From the NCBI GenBank assembly GCA_002269645.1, contig NIVC01002472.1:1-64000 (forward strand): DNA of 64,000 nucleotides, given 5' to 3'. Source of the stretch: Macrostomum lignano (Eukaryota). Every line of letters starts with the position of its first letter. The stretch's first letter is position 1. The translations under genes and the position numbers were made by a program. Below are positions 7,857 to 18,950 of this stretch, one piece after another. The notes under the pieces are model-generated. The model was not told the DNA's origin, did no database searches, and worked only from the letters and a program-made list of their open reading frames with translations.

Positions 7857-10180
7857 ATGGGTTGCGCTCAAACCTACTTTTCCTATACTACTTGCGTTAG
7901 AGTTGAGAGTTCAACTCTACACGAGCGAATTAGACGTCTGTCTGTGTGCCTGGCAATAGCGGTACTTTCGTTTCTGCTTCTTTCGTTCTGCTCTACGCTC
8001 TCAGCACAGCTCGGTTACCACCTGGAGCAGCTACCGGCCAACTGCTATCTACAGCAGCCACTCCCAAGCAGCCCAGCCTGTGCACCAGCGAGGCCTGCAT
8101 AAGTGCAAGCGCACTGCTGCAGAGCCACATCGACCGTTCCGCGGACCCGTGCCAAGACTTCTACAGCTTCGCCTGCGGCGGTTTCCATAAAAGCCACCCC
8201 TTCACTGCCGAGACCGTGGGCTCAGTACTACAGGAGGACAACTCCATTCAAGGAAATCTATTTGAGATGATGTACTTCAAGAACTTGTCCAAGCCCAGAG
8301 ACGCAAGCGAAGCGCAGCTGTTCCAGACGCTGCGATACATCTACGGGACCTGCATGGATTGGCGCGGCTCCAGCGTTCTGAATTCTAAGAAAGAGGAATT
8401 TCTCCCGAACAGCTGGCAGACTGGAGAACGACCTTTCGACATGAAATCATTAGTGAGACCTTTGTTGGACTTTCTAGAGGGCTACTCAGGCATTGAAGAC
8501 TTCCTAGCGAGACTGGTGATATCCGGTACATCGGATCTGTTCAGATTGTCGCCAGGCTCGGTGGAGCGGAGTCTGAGATTGCACTCGTCACCATACTACC
8601 TATCTACCCTGAAATCCTGGAATCATGTTTTCAATGACGGAATTTCTGCATTAGAAGATTTCAGTGATCTCATAGACCTGAATTTGACTGTTAGTATAAA
8701 TCAGATGAAGCCTGCAGTTCAGCAAATGTTAAACAAAGGCGAATCGTATTTGAAAGTTGGTCCTTACCATCTGGAACAGCTGCAGAATTTTACTCAGGTT
8801 GAGGCAGAAAATCTCAACTTTAACTGGACGGAGTTTTACAGCGCTGTGAGCAAGTATTCAGCCAATAAGTTACCTCCCTCAATGAAAGTTGAAATTATTA
8901 GGTACCCGCTATTATTTTTTGTACTCGAGCAGCTCACAACGGAGCTGGAGCACAGACAGGGACCCTACTATGACTTTATTCGCCTGGACTCTGCACTGTC
9001 GGCAGCAAATTTTCTTCCAGACGAATCGTTTAAATTCTTTAAAAACCTTTTCGGGCAACAAAAGTATCTCATTCATGAGAAAGAAGGCCGGAACAGCTCG
9101 AGACTGTGCATGGACATGATGCTGGGCTCCATGCCGCCAGTGGCTTTGCAGATGTTCAGCAGCGCCTTCGTCACAGACGACTTCAACTCAGTGAAAGTGG
9201 TAATCGGCGACATCAAGGAGGCCATGTGGGAGAATGTGGACAGCGAGGCGTGGATTGAGCAGCCGAGTAAGGCAGCAATTAAGAAGAGAATCGATGCCAT
9301 GCGGAGCACCGTCGGCTACCCCCAGTTCAACATGTCCGAGTTCACCGAAGGCTACTCAAAAGTTGCTGCTCAAGTTAATCAAAGCAGAACATTTGGAGAT
9401 GTTGTTTTGCAGTTTAAAAGCACTCAGCTTCAGAATCGACTTTGGATTGCGACAGCTGACAAACAGGACATGATGCCAAAAGATATGTTTACAAGAATGT
9501 TTACTGTCAACGCTCATTATTCACCATACGACAATTCGATTTTTATCTACTTTGGCCTGCTGCTCAGCAAAATTTACATGAAGGGCTACCCTGACTACCT
9601 GTTGTACGGTGGCGTCGGCTACATAATCGGCCACGAGGTCGGGCACGGCTGCGATAGATTAGTCAGTAAATTTAGTGTTGGAAACAAACAGAAACGTATA
9701 TTTGACAATGTCACAGCGCTGCGGTACGGCAATAAAACTGACTGTCTGGCTAATTTCTACAGCCAGATCATCGATCCTGAGTTCGCGAAATCCGAAATTT
9801 CGGAAGAGGAAACGGAAGCAGAGGTTCAAAAGTTTGATGAAAATTTTGCCGATATTGTTGGCACCAATTCCGCTTTCCTAGCCTACAGAAACAGAGCAGC
9901 AAAATTGCTGAAGTCTGGGAATCGGCCTCAGATGCTTCCAGGAGAGAAATTGGCAGGCCTGACACCTGATCAGCTGTTCTTCATCCAGCAGGCCCAGCTG
10001 CACTGCACCAAGGCGGAAATGGATGCTCTGATTTCTCGACAAAAAAATTATTCTCACTCGCCACCGCATCCCAGAGTGAACGGCCAGGTGATGCAGTCGA
10101 AGGACTTCGCCAGGGTGTTCAACTGCAAGCCGGGAGATCCAATGTACTTGGCTAACGATAAAAAGTGTCACTTCTGGTGA
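7857..10180 (+). CDS. Intronless M13 family metallopeptidase (neprilysin/ECE-like), type II membrane protein
   Basis: CTSEAC, DPCQDFYSFACGG, VNAHY, HEVGH zinc motif, ENFAD, HSPPHPRVNG and F.C..G.PM are present. ATG 7857 plus one restored T near 7980 gives a continuous signal anchor LSVCLAIAVLSFLLLFVLLYALS joining the 744-aa ORF. Confidence 0.93.
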
Positions 10181-11702
10181 AGCAAAAAGGAGAAAAACTG
10201 CAAATTTAATATTCAAGGTTAAACAAATTTTTGCACACTCATTTCCTATTCCGATGTTCTCAAAATAATATGTTTAGAATATTTTGCCCAATAAGCTAAT
10301 CCACCTTTATCTACATGTGCAAGCGGTGTTACCCTTTAGGAATCAATGCGAAGCTGGTGTAACTGTCTCGATTTGTGAGCCCTGATTTCATTATAGCTCT
10401 TTAAAGAATGATTAAATAATGCATGTAGCTCTTGCGAATTCGTTTGGCCCTATATTTCGTTATTTTTGTTAAACTGCGTCGAAGAAGTAACTCAGAAACA
10501 ATATTGATTATTTCTCACATATCCATAAATTTGCCTCAACCTAAATCTGAACTTTCGCTCGTATGCTTATTTTATGCCTAATTTTACAACTTTAATTATG
10601 AGTAGAAAGACGGGGCAATCCTAAATACAATAAAAACGCTACTGAGGGTCTGAGTGGGTAGTGAAGTGATGTCTTAATGATGTCTTAACAACATTTTATG
10701 TAATGATATTAGATTTATGCCCTCATCGAATCAAACCACATTCCATTAATTGATACGTCCCCATTTTAGTTAATATAACTAAAATCAATTTTGTTTGGCC
10801 CAATTTTATTATCTTGAAATCGTATCTAAGGAAGTGTTTTAATTCAACATTTTTATTCATCTATTAGCTTTACTAAGACAGATCTTGAAATACCAATACA
10901 AATGCTAACTGACACGAAGACGGATACTTAAAACTTTCACCGAGCCCCCCTTCCCCCTACTAATTGGTCAATTGCAGCCAGTAAGAAAAGCTGTCTCATG
11001 TCTTGAAAGTGTCACCTTGGCAACTGAACAAAAGTAGAGGAAAAAATAAACAACAGCGGTGGAGAATTTATCTGCAGAGCTTGAAAGCTGATAAAATTGA
11101 GTCGTCTACGAAAGGGGCGATCGCGAATCAGTTCGAGTCCTTTGAAAAACTAAGAAAAATTTATTAAAACTTTTTTGCGCATGTCGAAACTGGCTTTGAC
11201 GTTGATACGAGTACATGTACGCTGGTACGAAGAAAATTAAACGGCATTAACAAGTTCATAGGAATCGCGACTCTACTGTGTTGTCATCTTGCTATCGTCA
11301 GTGGTCAGTCAGCGATCGTCAGTTCTACTGCAATTCTGCAAATTTAATAAACTTTAAATTTATGCCGCTTCCGAACGGTTGCATACAGGACGTCTAGCGT
11401 TTCACTATTTAGTTTACTCGTAATTTCCTCGTTAAATCATAGTAGGTCATGGTAGATCATGGGTAGATATTTGTTGATAATGGTGGACAATGTAGGTCAT
11501 GGTATAGATTATGGGTAGATAATTGTTGATAATGGTAGGCAGCTTAGATCTTGGTAAGATCATATTAGATCATGGCACATCATGATAGGTCATGGTAGAT
11601 CATGGTAGACGACTGTTAAATGCTCCTGAAATATTTGTATATTAGGCATATTTTTATCCTCTCCCATTCGATTTCTAATTTTTACTGAAATTTATGCAGC
11701 AG

Positions 11703-12838
11703 GTTTTGAGCTGGTTAAAGTGCTCAAGAACAAGCCCGTGAAGGCGTCTCCTGTGGTCCCAGGAGTAGCGCAACCGAAAATGATCAACGATGGCCTTACC
11801 GGTGGGATGCTGGTTCACATCAATAATTTGGACCGACAACCCTGGCTGATGCTGGACTTGGAATAGTCGTACGTCATCTTTGGCGCTCTGGTCTGGATAT
11901 GCATATCGTTCAGGAGGATCGTATTTGATAGGGGAGGACACCTTGCGAATCCCATTTTTCAGAGTGGTGCGTCAGCAGCTAGAAATTTCTCCACATGTAA
12001 ATGTAGAGAGAACACTTCCAGAACCACACAAGCTAAAAACCGTACACAAGGTAGAAATTTCATATCCTAGCGGATTGTAACCTGGCGTCGGAGTCACCAC
12101 TGAAAGGTCGAGGTTCGAATCTCGACCAAACTAGTACAATTTGTGTCCTTGTGCAAGACACTTAGCTCAGCGTTGCTTTCAGTTCACCAAGTTGTAAAAT
12201 GGGTGCCAGCATTAGCTGAGGAGCCTGTGGTAATTGAGGGTGTGGGTGGCGACCCCCCAGTCCTTGGACTGAGCAGCTATACGCAGCCTTCAGATTCACC
12301 GCGCAATAGCTGCGGCTGAGCTGTCGGTTGAACATCTGCCCATTAAGTCAGGAGTAATCAATTATTTTCACTATCATTCATACCTTAGATATCCTGATAT
12401 GTTAAATTCAATGAGCTCAAAGACACATAAGAGTCCTACACTAATAATTTATCTACAAAAACAGGCATCACCAACGACCCCTCCGCGTGTGGACTACATT
12501 CAGCAAGGACCTATTTGACATTTGCTAATACTACAATCATTTTTCGACTGCTGAGAAAAACTCAATCAACATCACCTGCACACAGCCCGTTGCCGGCAGG
12601 TACCTCACCATGTACAGGAACGTCACATGAGTTACAAACATCGATCTTTTTTATTCACATTTACGAATTTACGATTTACGATCTTACGACATTTACGATC
12701 TGGTGCGCGAACCTGCAGCCAAACTGCCTCTTCTCTCTGGTCATTCCCGGATCCGGCGACTGCCTGCTGTTTGGACCGGCCGGCACCGCTAGCGGCCTCG
12801 TCGCCAGCAAGTTCGACTTCGACTTCATTGCTGTGTAG
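11703..12838 (+). pseudogene. Degenerate F-type lectin + PAN/apple gene copy
   Basis: Exon-like blocks 11703-11895, 12465-12630 and 12695-12838 are homologous to the exons at 19035, 21789 and 22990. There is an in-frame TAG at 11864-11866, a frameshift plus TAA in the second block, and truncations. Confidence 0.8.
12066..12362 (+). mobile_element. tRNA-derived CORE-type SINE, copy 1
   Basis: B box GGTTCGAATC followed by a MIR/CORE-like block (GTGTCCTTGTGCAAGACACTTA..CAGTTCACC..TGTAAAATGGG). The 3' part matches the copies at 32455 and 61864. Confidence 0.82.
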
Positions 12839-12846
12839 ATTCTCTT

Positions 12847-15800
12847 TGTTAGGGTTAGTTGTGTGCCTGCCAAGCACCCTCTGGTTTGTGTGTACGCTGT
12901 GTGTCCCCCTCCTCAGTGCGCATGGTGGGGTGGTTGTTGCGAGAGACTTAAGTTAAATATACAGTATTACAAGGTATTGCAGACCTCTCAGTAAGCGCTT
13001 AATTGTTGATTTTTTCTTGTTAGCTAAATTGACGGCCCTCAGACTTGTTCAATTTCTTGTTCAGACAACATGGCGCCCGAACTAAAATCAAAGTAAAGTG
13101 AAAGTATTGGCTCTATAGTTCTACAGTGACTCACCCGATTTCTTATCAGTTCAGCATGGGCTCCAAAAAGCGTGGAGTTTTGAGAGCGACGGTCACCAGA
13201 TTAGCCCAGAAAGCCCAAGACCTGCTCAACTCAGGGGCTGCTGAGGAAGACATCGACAGCGTACTGGAAGCCCTGCGCCTCAAGAAGCAACAGCTGCTGG
13301 CAGCGGATAAAGAGCTGTCCGTTGAGATCGACGAGAAAATACTCCAAGAGTAAGTGGAGAAGACGATGGAGTGAGAGCTACTGGCTGGGAAGATGATTTC
13401 GAGTCTTGCCAAGCGACTGCAGAGTCTTCAGGCCGAGCGAGAAAGCCGCATGCAGGCTAAAGATCAACAGCAAACGAAAAAGTCAACTCCATCCACGTCA
13501 CCGCGAGAGAATTCTGCTTTGACGACTACGCCGGCCATTAGGCTGCCGCCGCCAGCATTCAATGGAGATTGGACGCAATGGACTGCATTCTGGGACCGCT
13601 TCAGCTCCAGCATCCACGACAACCCGAGCCTCAGCGTCGTCGAAAAGTTTAGCTACCTGCAATCGTGCCTTTCAGGAGAAGCCAAGAATTCGATCGCCGG
13701 CCGTAAAATCACAGCCGAGAACTACAAGATCGATAAGATCGACAAGATCGATAACCTGCAACGACGGTTTGGATCCCGGAGTGGAGCCGTGCGCGAGCAT
13801 CTGGCGAAGTTCTCGGCGCTGACTTGTTCAGGTGCTTCAGTCCACCAACTCAGAAACTTCCACGATCAAGTCAACGGCAATGTCCGCAGCCTGGAGAATC
13901 TCGGGGTGAGTGTACGTTGCTTCATACGAAGTGGTCCGTCTCGGGATGCTTAGAACTGCCAGGATGGTTGCCTTACGGCCTTTCTATGGTGTCAGTCAGC
14001 TACAGGTGACGGATGAGAACGGCTTAGATTCGATCAAGGAATTCCTCAATGTCTTGGACTTGAAATCCTGGTTAGAGAGGAAGCGGCTTTCGGAGCAGGA
14101 GTTCAAGCAGCCAGTTCATCAGAGGCTTCCACTGTTGACAGGCAAACCAAGGAAGGCACGGTATCTGCTTTGCAGACGAAGGCTACGAAGGTCGCCAGAG
14201 CCAGAGCCTTATTGTGACGCTGAACATGCTCCGGAGAGTTGCAATCGACTGGTGGATGTGCCTGCTAGGCTTCAGTTCTTGAAAGAACAAAGACGCTGCT
14301 TCAGTTGCCTCTCTAAAGGTCATGCCACAAAGACTTGTTATCAAAAGAAGTAGTGTGACTTCTGCAAGTTAAAGCATCATCCCAGTCTCTGCGCTGCGCG
14401 AGTGGAACAGCCACCGAGACCGGCAGACAAGACGCCTAGTTGCAACTTCGATACGGCGGGTTCAGGAAAGAAGAAATTCGAACAGTCGGCCACGCAGAGT
14501 GTCAAGAGCCACGAAGTAAAGACAATGGCGATGGTCACCAAGGTCCAGACAGTGGTTCTTCCCACCGCGGGAGCTGTACTGATTTCACCAGATGGCTGCA
14601 GTGAAACACGGGTTCGAATTCTCTTCGACTCTGCGAGCAACCGTTCGTTCATCCTGTCGGGCGTAGCTGAGCGTATGGGACTCTGTGTGATAGGCAAAGA
14701 AACAATGGAAGTGACGACATTTGGAGGCACAAAGCCCAAGGTCGTGCAAACGGAGAAGATCGATTTCCAACTTCGTAAGCTCGACGGCGTCACTCCCTTC
14801 ACATTGCGCGCCAACACAGTGCCCTACATCTGCTCTCATCAACAGCTTGCGCAGCGATCACTTCCCACATCTGGATCTGGCAGACTGAGACATCGGCAGC
14901 GAGCAGCATCCAGACATCAACATCCTCATAGGAGCTGACCAGTTCTATGACCTTGTCACAGGACAGATAGATCGTTCTGAAATCAGCACCGAGCTGGTTG
15001 CGGTAGCCAGTCAGCTTGGGTGGCTCCTGTGTGGCTCCTTGTCCGACGCCATTTCGGCAGGAGGACTGAAAGAAAAAAAGAGCAAGTGCTTCTCTGCTGC
15101 ACGCACGGAACAACAAAAGCCTTGACAACAGTTGACGACGTGGCATTCGAGAGGCTTTAGAGTAACCTGAGCAGGCTGCGCTGTGAACCCGCACTGCTGC
15201 AGGAGTACCACCGCATTCTGATGAGCCAGAAAGAAGCTGGAATAGTGAGGAGCGAGCAGGAACTTTGACAGCTGCAGAAGTGTCCGAAGCAAAGGAGCGT
15301 TGGCTGAAAGAGGTACAACGAAGGAGTTTCTCTGCTGAGATTGCTCACTTTAAAAGGTCGACAGCATCTACGGATCTTGCAAAGCAGCTGAATCTCTTCC
15401 TCGACAGCAAAGGTCTGCTCCAAAGTCGGGGTCGATTGAGAGAATCAAACGTTGTTGCAGCTGTTGACTGCCCCATCCTCATCCCGAACAAGACTCATCT
15501 AGAAGTTCTCCTCATCCGAGACGCGCACAGCACCCTTTGCAAACTGCATGAGAAGTTTTGGCTGATCCGTGGCAGGCAGCGAGTGAAGGCAATTCTTGGA
15601 AAATGCGTCGTCTGCAGGCGTCTTCAGGGACTCCCGTTCGCTGTGATGCAAGTTCCTGCGTTGCCAGAATCTCGCTTGAAAGCAATGAGAGCGTTCGAGT
15701 GGAGCAGGCTCGACTACTGTGGTCCGGTCAAGCTGAGAAAAGACACTGCTGTCGAAAAGGGCTACATGTTAGTGTTCACCTGCGCAGCAACGCGAGCGCT

Positions 15801-17115
15801 TCATCTAGAACTGGTGAACGATCTGTAAGACCATAATTGCGAGAAAAATCAGCACGAGGGCTCAAAGGCAAAGTTAGTCGATATATATATTTGTCATTCA
15901 CTATGTACGCGCGTACATTCCGATCGATATAGGTTCAGGTGAATAAAAGCGTGTCCAACCCCCCAGAGTAGGCCAACCCCCAAAACAGCCAACACAACGA
16001 ACACCAAAACTCACAGATCTAACAACTGAGACCTTCTTAGAGCCCTAAGGCGATTCTGTGCAAGGAGAGGTATCCCTAGTCTCATTAGCGATAACGCTAA
16101 GACATTCGCCAAAGCCGCGCGGATATTGCAAGCATCGGAGAGTCAAAAGGTTCAGGAGTTCTGCGCCACTCGGAAGATTACCTGGCAGTTTATCACGGAA
16201 CGCGCACCCTGGCAAGGAAGCTTCTGGGAGCGACTGATGAAGGACATCAAGCTGGCACTGCCCAAAACCCTTCTGAATTCAAGTCTAACACTGGACGAAC
16301 TGCTGACAGTGCTCATGGAGGTGGAGGCGGTGCTCAACAGCCGCCCTCTGCTCTACGTGGATGCCGAGCCCGAAGGAGAAGTTCTGACACCGGCACACTT
16401 CCTGGTGTTACAGCGGCTAACGGCGGAGCCTACTTCTAGTTGCGCGCCAGATCTTCTGCTACCGTTGCCAAGACTGCTGAAGCGAATGCGCGCCAGACTT
16501 CATGCCTTCTGGGACTGCTGGGAGCGGCAGTATCTGACCAGCTTGCGTGAACATCGGCTCAATCCTAAGCACGGCGTGATCGGAGAGGCGACGGTCGGTG
16601 ACATCGTCCTGGTGAAAGGCGAAGCTGGCCAACCGAGGCTCACTTGGTGTTCTTGCATTATAGAGGCAGTGCATCCGGGACGAGACGAGTGAGATCGGCA
16701 ACAGTTCGAGTCGCGCAAAGGCCAGGCCGCGGACCCAGGAGATGCTTGATTCGCCGGCCGGTTGAAAACCTGATTTTGCTAGAAGCCGTGACTGAATTAA
16801 CGGTTATTGACGTTTCTAAAGCTGACAGTGACTATTGACGTCTGAGTTCTCAGTCTTTATCCCTCCTTAGTTTCAATCTTCAAGTTCGTATCCTATCGTG
16901 CTCGTGCTCTGTGAGTAAACTTCTCAACGCGACATTTGGTTTTCGCTATGGTACAGTACGCTGGTGATGATGCTTACATTTTTGCTCATTGGCGCCTTTT
17001 GTGTTTCTGCTTTTTCCATAACTTAGTACTTTGGTGATGGTGCGTTACGTTATCAAGTATGTTGTAATGATAAAGCATCATTAGGGGGGAGTGTTAGGGT
17101 TTGTTGTGTGCCTGC
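12847..17115 (+). mobile_element. BEL/Pao LTR retrotransposon, degenerate, RT/RNase H deleted
   Basis: 5' LTR 12847-13070 (TG..CA), PBS TGGCGCCCGAAC at 13071 and DUF1759-type gag (FNGDWTQWTAFWDRF). Zinc knuckle CFSCLSKGHATKTC, protease ILFDSASNRSFI, integrase (DYCGP, SDNAKTF, APWQGSFWERL) and DUF5641-like tail follow. PPT AGGGGGAG at about 17083 precedes a 24-bp remnant of the 3' LTR at 17092. Confidence 0.92.
15824..16015. mobile_element. Solo LTR (192 bp) inserted in the BEL integrase
   Basis: TG...CA ends, GATC 4-bp TSD (15820-15823 and 16016-16019) and an internal AATAAA. Excision restores N-D-L-T-T-E-T-F. Confidence 0.85.
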
Positions 17116-17429
17116 GGTATTTCGGTATTTTGCTTGCGACCTTTTGCAAAAGTTAAACGCTGTGATTTATGGTGTCCATAGGTTTTTTATTCGTAACTTC
17201 GTGGTCTCACAACGTTGTTAAGAATCTTTTTGAGTAATACTGAAGTAACCCCAATAATGTAACAATATGCACTGAAAATATTCGTCATACCCTTAATTTG
17301 TACTATTCTGTCTGACCAAACTTGTTCCAACACTGTCCGCAAACAAATAGTCGGCCACTATTCCGCTTTTGTAAAATTTTCAGTGCAATTATAATAGAAT
17401 AATTTTTGTTCTAGTAGTGGTCGTTCGTG

Positions 17430-18050
17430 TCTCTTTGTGGGCGCTCCCGTCTCTTGGTGGGCGTCCCCGTCTCTTGGTGGGCGCCCCCGTCTCTTGGTGG
17501 GCGCCCCGTCTCTTGGTGGGCGCCCACGTCTCTCATGGTGGGTGCCCCCGTCTCTTGGTGGGTGCCCCTATCTAATTGTGGGCGCCCCTGTCTCTTGGTG
17601 GGCGTCCCAGTCTCTTGGTGGGCGTCCCCGTCTCTTGGTGGGCGCCCCCGTCTCTTGGTGGGCGCCCCGTCTCTTGGTGGGTGCCCCTATCTAATTGTGG
17701 GCGCCCCTGTCTCTTGATGGGCGTCCCCGTCTCTTGGTGGGCGCCCCCGTCTCTTGGTGGGCGCCCCGTTTCTTGGTGGGTGCCCCTATCTAATTGTGGG
17801 CGCCCCTGTCTCTTGGTGGGTGCCCCTATCTAATTGTGAGCGCCCCTGTCTCTTAGTGGGCACCCTCGTCTCTTGGTGGGCGCCCCGTCTCTTGGAGGGC
17901 GCCCCTGTCTCTTGGTGGGCGCCCCTGTCTCTTTGTGGGCGCCACTGTCTCTTGGCGGGTGCCCCTATCTAATTATGGGCGCCCCTGTCTCTTGGTGGAT
18001 GCCCCCATCTAATTATGGGCGCCCCTATCTAGTTGTAGACGCCTGTATCT
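17430..18050. repeat. About 20-bp GC-rich minisatellite (TCTTGGTGGGCGCCCC[C/T]GTC with GGGTGCCCCTATCTAATTGT variants)
   Basis: Direct tandem units visible. The overlapping ORFs are repeat artefacts. Confidence 0.95.
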
Positions 18051-18950
18051 AATTTTGGGCGGCGCCTCCGTCTCTTGTCTCCGTGCTCAATGACCCATAG
18101 AAATCGATATTAATGGACGCTGCACCCGCAAATCGTGCAAATTTCACAGCAAGGTCAGTTTTCGCTGCTCCTACGAGCAAACATGTCCAATTGCATTTAG
18201 CAAGATACGAAGTTTTCCGTGTTTCCAAATCGCAAGAGAAGCTAGCAAGCATGTGCATTTTTTCCCATGGATTTCCCCAAATTGAAGCTGAATAATTTTT
18301 TGGACAAGTGAAAAATAGAGAGATAAAACTATCGCTTCACCAGCTGTCAGTGCTGCCAGTCTCAACTGATGAATAGCAACTGTCGATAATAATTTGGAAT
18401 GTTTTCTAGCTAGCAAAACAAAAGATAAATTGTGAATTGACAGACGAGTTATTTATCGGATGCCAGCGGGTGGCAGCCAGCTGTTTCTGAAGCTTATCAA
18501 GCTATTAAAGCCAAATAACTGAAGAAGAAATTCGACAGCTTTGTCTTGCGGTAGCTATACTTTGTCTAACAGAACCTCATTTTGTGTTAATTAAATCACT
18601 CATAGTGCCACCAATTAGACTAGCAATCAAAAATGCATCTAAAAATGCAAAGACTATTTCTCGTGACTTGGGCTTTGAATTTTTATTCTGCTGCTGTCAC
18701 AGGTAAGAAGAAAGTGTTTGAAAATTTGCATGTACTGCCCACAAGTGCGCCAGGGTGCACACAGCCCCTTTGCCTATAATAAAGTGCCGTTGCCTGTCAC
18801 ATATAAACGTAGCAGTACAGTTCTTATAAAAAAATTCAAAACTTACCTGTTTTAACGATCGAAACCTTTTGAAGTTTCGATATACAGGCATGCGGCAACC
18901 ATGCACAAACTATGAAGCAACTTCTCATTCGAGAACACTTGCAGCTACTG

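Noticed and set aside
7857-10180. Calling the neprilysin gene a pseudogene
   Set aside because: The only lesion is one missing base in a T-run. The remaining 744 codons and all catalytic residues are intact.
15825-16016. GT...AG intron inside the BEL integrase
   Set aside because: Splicing at these sites leaves 4 extra bases and an immediate TGA. TG..CA ends with a GATC TSD explain it as a solo LTR.
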